Both the position numbers and the translations under genes were made by a program. Below, piece after piece: positions 9,960-22,764 of a stretch of DNA of 64,000 nt. Source of the stretch: Thermostichus sp. DRC_bins_24 (GTDB lineage: Bacteria; Cyanobacteriota; Cyanobacteriia; Thermostichales; Thermostichaceae); contig JAUQVK010000112.1 of assembly GCA_039794845.1 (NCBI GenBank), forward strand, positions 14,359 to 78,358. The letters run 5' to 3'. Every line of letters begins with the position of its first letter. Within the stretch, counting starts at the first letter, position 1. Under the pieces are notes generated by a model. That model was not told where the DNA came from, searched no databases, and was given only the letters and a program-made list of their open reading frames with translations.

Positions 9960-11942
9960 TTGCAACCTGGTCGTGTCAGCGGGACGCCGTCCCGTCGCCC
10001 TTGGATTCCCACCTCTCACCGCCTGGTGTTGTTCAGCGGCAAGGGGGGGGTGGGCAAAACCACTCTCACCTGTGCCCTGGCCCGCCAACTGGCCCGGGAG
10101 GAGCCCCAACGGCATATTCTCTTGATTTCCACGGATCCCGCCCACTCCTTAGGGGATGTGCTGGATTTTCCGGTGACCGATGCGGCCCAACCTCTGCCGG
10201 ATCGGCCCAACTTGCAGGTACGGGCCTTGCAGGCGGAGGTTTTGTTAACGGCCTTCAAACAAACCTACGGAGAGGCCCTAGAGCTGATTGCCGAGCGGGG
10301 CAGTTGGTTTGGCCGCGAAGATCTGCTGCCCGTCTGGGATTTAACTTGGCCGGGGGTGGATGAATTGATGGCGATTCTGGAGGTAAATCGGCTGCTGGCG
10401 GGGGGGGCAGTGGATACCATCATTCTGGATACGGCTCCCACCGGCCATACCCTGCGGCTGCTGGAGCTACCCGATTTTCTGGACAATTTGCTGGCGGTTT
10501 TTGCCACCTTTCAGGCCAAGCACCGCGAGATCGCCCAAGCCCTAACGGGCACCTACCGGACGGATGAAGCAGATGCCTTTTTGGCCCAACTGCAGGGGGA
10601 ACTCCAGGGGGGTAAAGCCCGCTTGACGGACCCGGCCACCACTTCCGCTTGGTTGGTGATGCTCCCCGAGCATCTGAGTGTGGAAGAAACCCGGCGCTTC
10701 TGTCAGCAGTTGCAGCATCGCCGTGTACCCATCGGCGGCATCCTCGTCAACCAGGTGCTGTGGGAAAGCCCAGAGCAGCCCTCACCTCTGTATCTGGCCC
10801 GCCAACAGGAACAAAGCCGCATGCTCAAGGCTCTGACGGCAGGGCTGCCCGATTACCCGATTTGGGTCTGTCCCTACCGGTTGCAAGAGCCGATTGGGTC
10901 GTCGGCTCTGGATGGCTTGGTGGAGCAGCTGCGCCCTCTGTCGGAGTTGCCGGCGATCAACCCTTTGGCCATCCCTGAAAACAGGATCCCTGCGGAAGGG
11001 ACGGACACCCTGCGCCTACCGGATTTTTTGAACCAGGGGATGCGGCTGGTCTTAACGGGAGGCAAAGGGGGTGTGGGCAAAACGACGGTGGCCGGAGCAC
11101 TGGCCTGGAACTTGGCCAAACGACATCCCGACAAGCAGCTGTTGCTGGTCTCGATCGATCCGGCCCATTCTTTGGGGGATCTGTTCGCGGTGCCGTTGGG
11201 TCAGGATCCCGTGCCTTTACTGCCCAACCTGATGGGCCAGGAGATCGACGCAGCGGTGGTGTTGGAGCAGTTCCGGCAAGACTACCTGGAGGATATCGTC
11301 GCCATCTTGGCCGGAGAATCCACCGCTGGGGTTGAAGTGCAGTACGATCCCCAAGCTTGGCGACAACTGCTGCAAATGCCCCCACCCGGTTTGGATGAAG
11401 TGATGGCGCTGCTGACGGTACTGGAACAAAGCGCGGCAGGTCAGTTCGATTTGGTGGTGCTGGATACAGCCCCCACAGGGCACATGTTGCGGTTTTTGCA
11501 GATGCCCCAAGCTCTGGAGGGATGGGTGAGCTTGGCCCTGAAGCTGTGGCTGAAATATCGAGATGTGGTGGGCAGGCCGGAATTGGCTCAGCGGCTGCGG
11601 GGGTTGTTGGCCCAGGTGCGGCAACTGCGGCAACAACTGCAGGATCCGCAGTTCGTCACCTTTATTCCCGTCTTCAATCCTGAGCAGGCGGTACTGGCGG
11701 AAACCGAGCGTCTCCTGGCGGAATTGGATGAGCTGGGGATCCCACACCCCTATGCCGTCCTCAATCGAGTTTGGTTGGACACCTCCGATCCCTTCGGACA
11801 AACGGTGAGCCGGCGCCATCAGGCCATTTTGGCCCAACTGCCCGAGCGACTCCCCCAACAACGGATTTTGCGGATCCCGTTCCTGCATCCCCCCAGTTTG
11901 GAGAGAATGGGAGCCTATTTGTTCTCCCCTCACCAACCCTAG
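9960..11942 (+). CDS. ArsA/GET3-family ATPase with two tandem nucleotide-binding domains
   Basis: Two GKGGVGKTT, two (S/I)DPAHSLGD and two DTAPTGH motifs. Confidence 0.93.
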   Translation: MQPGRVSGTPSRRPWIPTSHRLVLFSGKGGVGKTTLTCALARQLAREEPQRHILLISTDPAHSLGDVLDFPVTDAAQPLPDRPNLQVRALQAEVLLTAFKQTYGEALELIAERGSWFGREDLLPVWDLTWPGVDELMAILEVNRLLAGGAVDTIILDTAPTGHTLRLLELPDFLDNLLAVFATFQAKHREIAQALTGTYRTDEADAFLAQLQGELQGGKARLTDPATTSAWLVMLPEHLSVEETRRFCQQLQHRRVPIGGILVNQVLWESPEQPSPLYLARQQEQSRMLKALTAGLPDYPIWVCPYRLQEPIGSSALDGLVEQLRPLSELPAINPLAIPENRIPAEGTDTLRLPDFLNQGMRLVLTGGKGGVGKTTVAGALAWNLAKRHPDKQLLLVSIDPAHSLGDLFAVPLGQDPVPLLPNLMGQEIDAAVVLEQFRQDYLEDIVAILAGESTAGVEVQYDPQAWRQLLQMPPPGLDEVMALLTVLEQSAAGQFDLVVLDTAPTGHMLRFLQMPQALEGWVSLALKLWLKYRDVVGRPELAQRLRGLLAQVRQLRQQLQDPQFVTFIPVFNPEQAVLAETERLLAELDELGIPHPYAVLNRVWLDTSDPFGQTVSRRHQAILAQLPERLPQQRILRIPFLHPPSLERMGAYLFSPHQP

Positions 11943-11991
11943 CCTGGGTCATGTTGGCAGCAAATCCTAACCCCTTTTGAGGAGGTTTCTG

Positions 11992-12555
11992 ATGGCACGA
12001 ACTTTATCCCAAACACTCACTTTGGAAGAGTTTCTGGGTTTGCCCGAAACCAAACCTGCCGGTGAATACATTGACGGACAAATTGTGCAAAAACCCATGC
12101 CTCAGGGGAAACGCAGCTTATTGCAGGGAGAACTACTCCTCACCCTCAACAGTCATCTGAAACCTCAACACAGGGCTCGAGCTTTTCCGGAGTTACGCTG
12201 TACCTTTGCAGGACGCTCCATTGTGCCGGACATTGCCGTTTTTCGCTGGGCGCGGATCCCACGCGATGAAAAGGGAGAGGTGGCCAATGTGTTTCCCATG
12301 GCACCGGATTGGACAATAGAAATCCTGTCTTCAGAACAAAGCCAGACAAAAGCAACGAAAAATATCCTTCACTGCCTCAAACAGGGCACAGAGATGGGCT
12401 GGTTGATCGACCCAGCAGAGCAAACTCTATTCATCTACAGACCTCAACAAGAACCGGAGGTTTTGGATGAGTTGAGCCAGCGCCTTCCTGTCCCTGCGTT
12501 CGCGGCAGGATTGGAGTTATCGCTCGGAGAGATATTCGATTGGTTTTTGGAATGA
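11992..12555 (+). CDS. Uma2 family (DUF820) endonuclease
   Basis: LTLEEFL.LPETKP..EYIDGQI.QKPMP, PDIAV, APDWTIEILS, GWLIDP; GGAGG RBS before ATG 11992. Confidence 0.92.
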   Translation: MARTLSQTLTLEEFLGLPETKPAGEYIDGQIVQKPMPQGKRSLLQGELLLTLNSHLKPQHRARAFPELRCTFAGRSIVPDIAVFRWARIPRDEKGEVANVFPMAPDWTIEILSSEQSQTKATKNILHCLKQGTEMGWLIDPAEQTLFIYRPQQEPEVLDELSQRLPVPAFAAGLELSLGEIFDWFLE

Positions 12556-12571
12556 GTGGCTGGCGGCTTGA

Positions 12572-14650
<2,079 letters not shown>

Positions 14651-14891
14651 ATTCCCAAAAAATCTAGGAGGGATGGGTTGTTCTGCCTGCAGGGATGATC
14701 TAAGATTCAGTTCTAGTGAGGAGTGGACGCCAATAGGGGGAAGTGGACGAAACACGGACAGTCCCTTCCCCTTTTTGGTTCGAGAAGGTGCAAATGATCC
14801 TCGCAAAAAAGTATCTGACTTAACTGTAAAGGCTTCATTCCTCTGATTGCCGTCTTTGCCAGGGCCAGGAGAGTTCCACTATGATGAGAAC

Positions 14892-14960
14892 AGCGGAGAC
14901 GCATGTTTCCGTTCACTCCTCACACCATCTTCCGCTCGGCGTAAAGTCGGGCGGTTTTCT
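14892..14960 (+). ncRNA. yfr1: Yfr1 small RNA
   Basis: Invariant ACTCCTCACAC (14915-14925) between a 5' hairpin GCGGAGAC/GTTTCCGT and a terminator CCGCTCGGC/GTCGGGCGG-TTTT; -10 TATGAT at 14880-14885. Confidence 0.93.
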
Positions 14961-15266
14961 TGTGAAGGCTGCTTGTGAAAATACCACCCCCAAATTGACC
15001 TGAGGATCCCCTTGGGCAAAGGTGGGTGGACAACGGCGTCGCTCCTCCATCCACCGGCTTCATCCAGGTTCTCCAGCAGTCTGAGGGGAGAAACTCTACA
15101 GACCGGATAGAAATGCTAGACTAGTGGGTCAGTGAGATTTGCACAAATTCCGGCATCCTTGCCCCTTCGCCGCCGATTTGCTGCACATTTTCTGAACGTG
15201 ACCATTCAGCCTCCTTCTGGCTTTTGCCGGGTAGGATAGCCGAGAGCGAGCAGCAACGAGGATCCC

Positions 15267-16616
15267 ATGGCCAAATATGACTCCCACTTGAAATGCTCTT
15301 TCTGCAACAAGTCGCAGGATCAAGTTCGTAAATTGATTGCGGGGCCAGGGGTTTACATCTGTGATGAATGCGTCGACCTCTGCAACGAAATTTTGGATGA
15401 GGAACTCTACGACGGCAACACCCCTGCCGCCACCACCCCTGCCGCCAGCCGCCGCGAAGCCCCGAAAAAGTCTCCCCGCAGCCTGCCCTCTTTGGCACAG
15501 CTGCCCAAACCACGGGAGATCATGCGCTATCTCGACCAGTATGTGATCGGTCAGGAAAACGCCAAAAAGATCCTATCGGTCGCGGTTTACAACCACTACA
15601 AGCGGCTTGCAGCCAAGGCCGCCCCCAGCAGCGGCGCCGGCACCTCCGAATTGGACGAGGTGGAACTGCAAAAGTCCAACATTTTGATCATCGGCCCCAC
15701 CGGTTCCGGGAAAACCCTGCTGGCGGAGACCTTAGCCCGTATGTTGGAAGTTCCCTTTGCAGTGGCCGATGCCACTACCCTCACGGAAGCGGGCTATGTA
15801 GGGGAAGATGTGGAAAACATCCTCCTGCGCTTGTTACAGGTGGCGGATCTGGATGTGGAAGAAGCCCAGCGCGGCATCATCTACATTGACGAAATCGACA
15901 AGATTGCCCGCAAGAGCGAAAACCCCTCCATTACCCGCGATGTTTCCGGGGAAGGGGTGCAGCAGGCTTTGTTGAAGATGTTGGAGGGGACCATCGCCAA
16001 TGTGCCCCCTCAAGGCGGTCGCAAGCACCCCTACCAAGACTGCATTCAAATTGACACCTCTAATATCCTCTTCATTTGCGGAGGCGCTTTTGTCGGCTTG
16101 GAGAAGGTGATCGAGCAGCGCATCGGCAAAAAATCGATGGGCTTCATCAAGCAAGGGGAACAACTGTCGGTCACCCGCGACCAGCGCATGGCGGATGCCC
16201 TCAAGGCCCTGGAACCGGATGATCTGGTCAAGTACGGCATGATCCCCGAGTTCACGGGGCGGATCCCGGTGGTGGCAACTTTGGATCCCTTGGACGAAAA
16301 GGCGCTGGAGGCAATCTTAACCCAGCCCAAAAACGCCATTCTCAAGCAATCCCAGAAGCTGCTGCGCATGGACGGGGTAGAGCTGGAATTCGAGCCTGCC
16401 GCCATTTCTGCCATTGCCAAGGAGGCTTACCGCCGTAAAACCGGGGCTCGGGCACTGCGGGCCATTGTCGAAGAGCTGATGTTGGATGTGATGTACGAGA
16501 TTCCCTCCCGCCGCGACATCAAGCAGATGCGCATCACCGCCGAGATGGTGGAGCGCCGTTCTACCCGTGAGTTAATCCCCCATCCCTCCACCTTGCCCAA
16601 ACCCGAGTCTGCCTGA
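15267..16616 (+). CDS. clpX: ATP-dependent Clp protease ATP-binding subunit
   Basis: [27 protein letters not shown]n domain, [22 protein letters not shown]. Confidence 0.99.
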   Translation: MAKYDSHLKCSFCNKSQDQVRKLIAGPGVYICDECVDLCNEILDEELYDGNTPAATTPAASRREAPKKSPRSLPSLAQLPKPREIMRYLDQYVIGQENAKKILSVAVYNHYKRLAAKAAPSSGAGTSELDEVELQKSNILIIGPTGSGKTLLAETLARMLEVPFAVADATTLTEAGYVGEDVENILLRLLQVADLDVEEAQRGIIYIDEIDKIARKSENPSITRDVSGEGVQQALLKMLEGTIANVPPQGGRKHPYQDCIQIDTSNILFICGGAFVGLEKVIEQRIGKKSMGFIKQGEQLSVTRDQRMADALKALEPDDLVKYGMIPEFTGRIPVVATLDPLDEKALEAILTQPKNAILKQSQKLLRMDGVELEFEPAAISAIAKEAYRRKTGARALRAIVEELMLDVMYEIPSRRDIKQMRITAEMVERRSTRELIPHPSTLPKPESA

Positions 16617-16652
16617 GTGTAAGATCCTTCCAGGTGAGGGGCGGGGGAGCGC

Positions 16653-17318
16653 ATGGCTCGGCAGCGGGTGGATCGCGAGTATGCGGTGATCGGGCTGGGA
16701 CGTTTTGGCTCGAGCTTGGCCCTTACGTTGGTAGAGCGGGGACACAATGTTTTGGGGATCGATCGCAGCCGGGAGATTGTGCAGCGGTTGGCGGATCAGC
16801 TGACCCAGGTGGTGGCCCTAGATTCTAGCGATGAAGACGCTCTGCGGGCTGTCGACATTCTCTCCTTTGACACGGTGGTGGTGGCCATCGGCAGCGATTT
16901 CGAGAGCAACCTGTTGACCACCGTTGCGCTGAAAAGTTTGGGGGCTCGCAATGTGGTCTGCAAAGCCTCGACCGAACGTCAGCGCTCGATTCTGTTGCGG
17001 GTGGGGGCGGATCGGGTGGTGCTGCCCGAGCAGGAGGCGGGTCGCCGCTTGGCCCAGGTGTTGACGGCGCCCGGGATCCTGGATCAGTTGGAACTGGAGC
17101 CGGGCTACAGCATTACGGAGCTGCAGGTGCCACCGTCGTTGATGGGTCATACCCTCTCAGAATCAGATTTGCGCCGCCGCTTCGGCATTACGGTATTGGT
17201 GGTGAAACGCAAGCAATCGTTGATCGTCTCGCCGCCGGCAGATTATTTGCTGGAGGAAGGGGATCTGTTGGTGGTGTTGGGTGCCAACACGAATATCAGT
17301 CGGCTCAATGAGCTATGA
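16653..17318 (+). CDS. TrkA/KtrA family K+ uptake regulatory (RCK) subunit
   Basis: VIGLGRFGS Rossmann motif, GADRVVLPE, C-terminal RCK_C domain. Confidence 0.93.
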   Translation: MARQRVDREYAVIGLGRFGSSLALTLVERGHNVLGIDRSREIVQRLADQLTQVVALDSSDEDALRAVDILSFDTVVVAIGSDFESNLLTTVALKSLGARNVVCKASTERQRSILLRVGADRVVLPEQEAGRRLAQVLTAPGILDQLELEPGYSITELQVPPSLMGHTLSESDLRRRFGITVLVVKRKQSLIVSPPADYLLEEGDLLVVLGANTNISRLNEL

Positions 17319-17327
17319 GGGATCCCA

Positions 17328-18728
17328 ATGAAATCCGAGACGGCTTCTGACCCTGCCTCAGCGCAACAGGCAGCGGCCTTTAAGCAGCGCTTTAATCGGT
17401 TCTTCGTCGGGGATAAACGTCGTCCGCTGCCGCCCCCACTGCGTTTGGTAACAGGGCTAGGGCTGCTGGCCGTAGTGGGGACTTTAATCCTGATGTTGCC
17501 AGGAATTGGGCGCGGGGATCCCTTGAGCTGGAATGAGGCCCTGTTCACGGCGATGTCGGCTTTGAGTGTGACGGGGCTCTCGATTATCCAGGTGGCCGAT
17601 GACCTCACCCTGTTTGGCCAGATCGTGTTGCTCATCCTGATCCAAATCGGCGGGGTGGGCTTTATGGTGTTGGCGGTAGTGGTGTTTCAGCTGATTGGGC
17701 GGCGCATTTCTCTGTTGAATCGCTTGGCGCTGTGCAATTCTTTGGGGTTAATCGATCCGGGGGCAATCCTGGAGTTAACGCGGCGGGTATTGCTGTTCGT
17801 CAGCCTGATCGAGCTGGGGGGAGCACTGCTGCTGTGGGTACATTGGCGCGATCTGTATGGGCCGGATCGGGCCATTTTTTTGGCCATTTTTCATGCGGTC
17901 TCTGCCTTTTGCAACGCTGGCTTTGATCTGTTCGGGAGAGAAGGGATCCCGACCGATAATCTGTCTTTGGGGATTTTGGCCGGTTTGATTTTTATCGGTG
18001 GGCTGGGCATTCCTGTGTTGTCGGATATGCTGACTTGGCCCCGCACCCACCGCCTCTCTTTACACACGCGCATCACGTTGGCGGTGGTGGTGGTGTTGCT
18101 TTGCACGGGTGGCCTTGGGATGTTCCTGGGGGAAAGTTTGCCCGGGGGATCACTGCTAGAGGTGAGCTGGCCCCGCCGCTTGGGCCTGACATTTTTTCAG
18201 TCGGTTTCCGCCCGCACAGCTGGGTTTGCCGGGATCCCGATCGACCATTTGTCCCCGCCGAGCCAGTTGTTGTTGATCGCCTTGATGTTTATCGGGGCCG
18301 CACCGGCCTCTATGGGCGGCGGCATCACCACCGGCACCTTTGCGGTCTTGGCCTTGGCCCTGTGGGGCTATGCCCGCGGGTTGCCCAGTGCTCAGATTGC
18401 CGGACGCAGTTTGGATCCTTCCATGGTGCGCAAGGCAGCAGCGGTGTTGACGGTTTCCCTGTTTGTGGTGCTCTTGGCCACTTGGTTGATTTTGATCAGC
18501 CACAGCAGCAGCAGGTTGGATCCGGTGCTGTTTGAAGTTATTTCCGCTTTCGCCACCTGCGGCCTTTCGACGGGGTTTACCGCAGACTTGAATCTGTTTG
18601 GCCAATTGATCATCGTTTTGGTGATGTTCTGGGGGCGCTTGGGGGCCCTGACGATTGTCTTGGCCTTGGCCCAACAGCAACCGCGCCAACTGGTGATCTA
18701 CCCGGAGGAGCCGATTTTGATCGGTTAA
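17328..18728 (+). CDS. TrkH/KtrB family K+ uptake membrane subunit
   Basis: ALFTAMSALSVTGL, SAFCNAGF, SARTAGF, SAFATCGLS pore loops. Confidence 0.95.
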   Translation: MKSETASDPASAQQAAAFKQRFNRFFVGDKRRPLPPPLRLVTGLGLLAVVGTLILMLPGIGRGDPLSWNEALFTAMSALSVTGLSIIQVADDLTLFGQIVLLILIQIGGVGFMVLAVVVFQLIGRRISLLNRLALCNSLGLIDPGAILELTRRVLLFVSLIELGGALLLWVHWRDLYGPDRAIFLAIFHAVSAFCNAGFDLFGREGIPTDNLSLGILAGLIFIGGLGIPVLSDMLTWPRTHRLSLHTRITLAVVVVLLCTGGLGMFLGESLPGGSLLEVSWPRRLGLTFFQSVSARTAGFAGIPIDHLSPPSQLLLIALMFIGAAPASMGGGITTGTFAVLALALWGYARGLPSAQIAGRSLDPSMVRKAAAVLTVSLFVVLLATWLILISHSSSRLDPVLFEVISAFATCGLSTGFTADLNLFGQLIIVLVMFWGRLGALTIVLALAQQQPRQLVIYPEEPILIG

Positions 18729-18977
18729 CCCCGTCTGCGTGCAAATGGGATGTGCTGGAGGATGGCGCCAGGTCTTCGGGAACTTGAGGAATGGGAATCT
18801 GCGTCGGGGGTTGCATTCCACCCGTGTTCTCACATCAAAGGTGGTTGGGGAAATGCTCAACTCTTCCCCGGTCAAGATCCGGCTCTCTCCCCTGAGCAGC
18901 CTCCGTTAGACTGAGTAACGAGCCCCTCAGGCCTGCTCTTGCTTGTCCTTTGTTCCTTAGCTTACTGGGAGCCCTCC

Positions 18978-20084
18978 GTGTCCAAGTTCCTTTTAATCGG
19001 TTCCACCGAGCCCTTCAGCGGGAAGTCTGCTGCGGCTTTGGGCCTGGCTAAGCATTTGCAGCAGCAGGGGATAAAAGTCACTTACGGGAAACCGATTGGT
19101 TCTTGCATGACGGAAGATTGCTCCTTGGAAGGGGGCGATCCGGATATGCGCTTTGTGGCGGAGTCTTTACGGCTGACGATGGGTCAGATGCCGCCCATGC
19201 TGCTACAGCTGAACGGAGACTCTCTGCTGGCCCAAATGAAGCAATCCCCTGGGGAACTTCCCCCGGAGCATCCCGTCGCCCCTCTGCTGGAGTTTGTCAA
19301 GGGATCCCCGGCGGACTTGGTGTTACTGGAAGGCCCGGCGGATCTTTATGAGGGGGAACTCTTCGGCCTGTCGCTGGCAAAAATGGCCCAGGCCCTGGAG
19401 GCTCCGGTGCTCTTAATTAGCCGTTATCACTCGCCGCTGGCGGTCGATTCAATCCTGGCTGCCCATGCTCAGCTGGGATCCCATTTGGCAGGGGTACTGC
19501 TGAATGATGTGCCCCAAAACCAGATGCAGCAGGTGAAAACGGTGATCCAGCTTTTCTTGGAAGCACAAGGGATCCCGGTGTTGGGCATTCTGCCTTCCCA
19601 CCGCATTTTGCGCAGCATCAGCGTTGGGGAGCTGGCACGGCAACTGGATGCGGAGGTGCTCTGCTGCCCGGATCGGCTCGATTTAATGGTGGAAGATATC
19701 GCAGTGGGGGCCATGAACGTCAACTCGGCCCTAAAGTACTTCCGCAAGTCGGATCACAAGGCGGTGATTACAGGCGGGGATCGCACGGATATTCAACTGG
19801 CCGCCCTAGAAACCTCAACCCTCTGTTTGATCCTGACCGGCAAGCTCCCCTTGGATCCCCGCATTCAGTCTCGAGCCGAAGAACTGGAGGTGCCGATTCT
19901 CTCGGTCGATCTGGACACCTTCACCACCATCAACCGCATCGAACGGGTTTTTGGCCAGATCCGCCTGCACGAGGAGGTGAAAGTCCGCTGCATCCAGGAG
20001 CTAATGTCATCAAATTTTGACTTTTCTCGTTTGTATGACCATTTGGGTCTGACACAATCCCTAGTGTCGGCAGCACGAGCGTAA
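18978..20084 (+). CDS. Phosphotransacetylase-family protein (BioD-like AAA_26 + DRTGG domains)
   Basis: IGSTEPFSGKS, YGKPIG, AVITGGDRTDIQLAALE; no PTA catalytic domain. Start placed at GTG 18978. Confidence 0.88.
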   Translation: MSKFLLIGSTEPFSGKSAAALGLAKHLQQQGIKVTYGKPIGSCMTEDCSLEGGDPDMRFVAESLRLTMGQMPPMLLQLNGDSLLAQMKQSPGELPPEHPVAPLLEFVKGSPADLVLLEGPADLYEGELFGLSLAKMAQALEAPVLLISRYHSPLAVDSILAAHAQLGSHLAGVLLNDVPQNQMQQVKTVIQLFLEAQGIPVLGILPSHRILRSISVGELARQLDAEVLCCPDRLDLMVEDIAVGAMNVNSALKYFRKSDHKAVITGGDRTDIQLAALETSTLCLILTGKLPLDPRIQSRAEELEVPILSVDLDTFTTINRIERVFGQIRLHEEVKVRCIQELMSSNFDFSRLYDHLGLTQSLVSAARA

Positions 20085-20327
20085 AAAAGTCACCCTAGAG
20101 CTCCCTCTACATCTAGTGCCTAGCTAGACCAAGCTATCCAAGAAAAACGCCATATCTACCGAGAGCAAAAAGAGCTTAGCTTTTGTGTGTTAATTTCTAG
20201 TGTTGGATACTTTCCAAAGTCAGCAATGATTTTTGCAAAAAAACGCAGGGAGCCGTTGTCAGGTTGGTCTACCGGCCGGGATCGAAGGATATCATGCGTG
20301 TATTCATCACCTCAACACACCACTCCT

Positions 20328-20351
20328 CCCCCAGGTTTTCTGGGGGTTTTT
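20328..20351 (+). terminator. Intrinsic terminator
   Basis: CCCCCAG-GTTTT-CTGGGGG followed by TTTTT. Confidence 0.75.
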
Positions 20352-20518
20352 GTTTGGACAATTTTGAGCAGAGTTCCTCTTGATGAGCACCGGATCCCTA
20401 CTACCGATAGCGTAAAAGTAGTTACTTTTGGAGCTACTGATGCTACCGGCAGCGGTGGTAAGCGACTAAGCGGTAAAATGCAGGTTCTGTTCTCCTAAAG
20501 TTTGAAGGGATCCCAATC

Positions 20519-21013
20519 ATGGCCACGGTTTCTTCCAAAGCGGCACGCCCCACCCGATGGGTTGCTTGCCCCAGCACGGGCATCTTCACCGATGGGGGGT
20601 GTTCTCCCAATCCGGGACCAGGGGGATGGGCGGTGGTGGTAGTTCAGGAGGATCACATCCTGGATGAGTGGTTTGGAGGGGATCCCGCCAGCACCAACAA
20701 CCGCATGGAATTGACCGGCTTGATTCAGGCTTTGCAGTATTGCCGCGACACCGCAGGCAATCCCATTCACACTATCTACAGCGATTCCAATCTGTGTGTA
20801 CAAACCTACAACACTTGGATGTCCCAGTGGGCGGCGCAGGGGTGGCGACGACGCACGGGTCCGGTGGAGAACCTAGATTTGGTGCAACAGCTCTACCAAC
20901 TGCGGCAGCAGTGCCCACACATTCAGGTGCGGTGGATTCAGGCCCACAAAGGCATGCGCTGGAACGAGTATGCCGATGAATTGGTTGCCCGTGGTCGGTC
21001 GCAGACGAAGTGA
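20519..21013 (+). CDS. rnhA: Ribonuclease HI
   Basis: IFTDGGCSPNPGPGGW, STNNRMEL, IYSDS, VENLDL, WIQAHKG..WNEYADEL. Confidence 0.95.
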   Translation: MATVSSKAARPTRWVACPSTGIFTDGGCSPNPGPGGWAVVVVQEDHILDEWFGGDPASTNNRMELTGLIQALQYCRDTAGNPIHTIYSDSNLCVQTYNTWMSQWAAQGWRRRTGPVENLDLVQQLYQLRQQCPHIQVRWIQAHKGMRWNEYADELVARGRSQTK

Positions 21014-21093
21014 CCTAGATCACATTTGAGCCGGGGGCAGCAGACAAGGTTCCAACTTATCGCCTATGCTCAGAAAGATGGCTCGTTGCAGGT

Positions 21094-22737
21094 ATGTCCA
21101 TGCAGGCCCAACTTCATCGTAGTTTTCGCCCTCTCTTCCTTACCCTCATGGCTGTGGGAGGCTCTTGGCTACTGGGGGCCTGTCAGAGACAAGCACCAGA
21201 GGCCCAGTTGCCCGGAGACATTTTGCCGGAGACGGTGCTGGTTCCCCAGTCTGCCCCCGTGGTGCTGGCCTTTGCCACCAATCCAGAAGAAGCCTTCCGC
21301 ACCCACCCTGACCTCTTGGCTCAATGGGAAAACTGGACTGCTGAAGCCCTAGCGGAAACCGGTAGCGAATTCCCGAAGGAGGATATTCAAACCTGGGCCG
21401 GGGAGCAGTTCACGATGGCGGTGGTGGTGCCCAACTTGGTACCTACGGCCTCCGACCCCGTACCCGGGATCCTCTTCGGGGCCAGTACCCGCAACACCGA
21501 CTTGTCTGGGCAATTTTTGGCACAGGTGCGGCAGCAGGCGGAAGCGGAGGGGGCGAACTTTGAGCGTCGCCAAGAGCAAGGGGTTACCCTCCACATCCAA
21601 ACCAACGGGGATCCAGGCGAACGATGGGTGACTGCAGAGTTTGGCAACCGTTTTGTGGCAGTCGCCAACGATCCGGAGGTGATGGAGCAGGCGGTGGCCG
21701 TTTACCGGGGAGAAATGGAATCCGTGAGCCGTTCGGATTTGTTCCGAGCCGCTGCTGAGCAGTTGTATACCGACGGCACTCTGGCCTTTGCTTACCTCGA
21801 TTTTGAAGCGTTGCAGGCTAGCTCAGAGTCCTTCGGGGCTTGGATGGAAGATCTCGATCCGGCGACATTACAATCCTTGCAGCCGCTGCGCTCCTTCGCC
21901 ATGGCTGCCCACTGGCAAGAACAGGGCTTACGGATGCGCATGCTGACCCAAATGGATCCAGAAGCCCATTTACAGGCGGGGTTGCAACCGGCTCGGGGCG
22001 AGTTGATCCAACGGCTGCCGGGAAGCTCCCTAGTGGTGATCAGCACCCAGCAAATTGCTCAGCGATGGCAAGCCCTGCTGCCACAACTGGAAGAAGACCC
22101 GTCGATCAAAGCGTCTTTGGATGAGCTGAGGGCCGAGTTCCGTGCCAATACCCGCTTGGATCTGGAAAAAGACGTGATCGCCTGGATGGATGGGGAGATG
22201 GCCCTGTTGGTAGCTCCTGATGCGCAAGCTCATCCGCTGTTGCAGGGGATGGGAGCCGCTTGGGTGATCGAGAGCAGCCAAAAAGACAAAGCCAATGCAG
22301 CACTGGCTCAGTTGGATCGACTGGCTCAGGAATCGGGCGCACGAGTAACGGAAGCAGGGGGCCAAGTGACCTGGGCGGATCCCTTATTTAATCAACCGCT
22401 TCTGATCCGGGCCTGGGAAGGGAATAACTTAATTGTAACCAGCAGTACCGGAGCCCTACAAACCATCGCTCAACGACAGGGCAACCTGTTACCCCAAACC
22501 GAGCCCCTGAAAACCCTCTACGCTCAGCTGCACAAACCCAACTACGGTTACTTTTTGCTCAACTGGCAAGGGATCCGCACTGTGCTGGAGGCGGCCCTGC
22601 CGGGGGGATTAGCCACTTTGGATCCGGAGGCACGCGAGCTGTTGACTCGCATCGATGGAATAGGGCTAACCAGCTATCCTTCTGGGGAGCATGCCTTTGG
22701 GATGGAACTGTTGGTGACGGTGCCCCCGAAACCTTAG
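21094..22737 (+). CDS. DUF3352-like lipoprotein
   Basis: Lipobox-like LLGAC; EDIQTWAGEQFTMA and LDLEKDVIAWMDGEMAL repeats typical of cyanobacterial DUF3352 proteins. Confidence 0.75.
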   Translation: MSMQAQLHRSFRPLFLTLMAVGGSWLLGACQRQAPEAQLPGDILPETVLVPQSAPVVLAFATNPEEAFRTHPDLLAQWENWTAEALAETGSEFPKEDIQTWAGEQFTMAVVVPNLVPTASDPVPGILFGASTRNTDLSGQFLAQVRQQAEAEGANFERRQEQGVTLHIQTNGDPGERWVTAEFGNRFVAVANDPEVMEQAVAVYRGEMESVSRSDLFRAAAEQLYTDGTLAFAYLDFEALQASSESFGAWMEDLDPATLQSLQPLRSFAMAAHWQEQGLRMRMLTQMDPEAHLQAGLQPARGELIQRLPGSSLVVISTQQIAQRWQALLPQLEEDPSIKASLDELRAEFRANTRLDLEKDVIAWMDGEMALLVAPDAQAHPLLQGMGAAWVIESSQKDKANAALAQLDRLAQESGARVTEAGGQVTWADPLFNQPLLIRAWEGNNLIVTSSTGALQTIAQRQGNLLPQTEPLKTLYAQLHKPNYGYFLLNWQGIRTVLEAALPGGLATLDPEARELLTRIDGIGLTSYPSGEHAFGMELLVTVPPKP

Positions 22738-22764
22738 GGTTGGGCACACCGATAGACACTGATA

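Noticed and set aside
9960..11942. Arsenic resistance operon
   Set aside because: No arsB/acr3, arsC, arsR or arsD nearby; this fits the stand-alone cyanobacterial ArsA/GET3-like ATPases.
20412..20425. NtcA box GTA-N8-TAC upstream of rnhA
   Set aside because: Only six specified bases, no properly spaced -10 and no nitrogen-related context; chance is likely.
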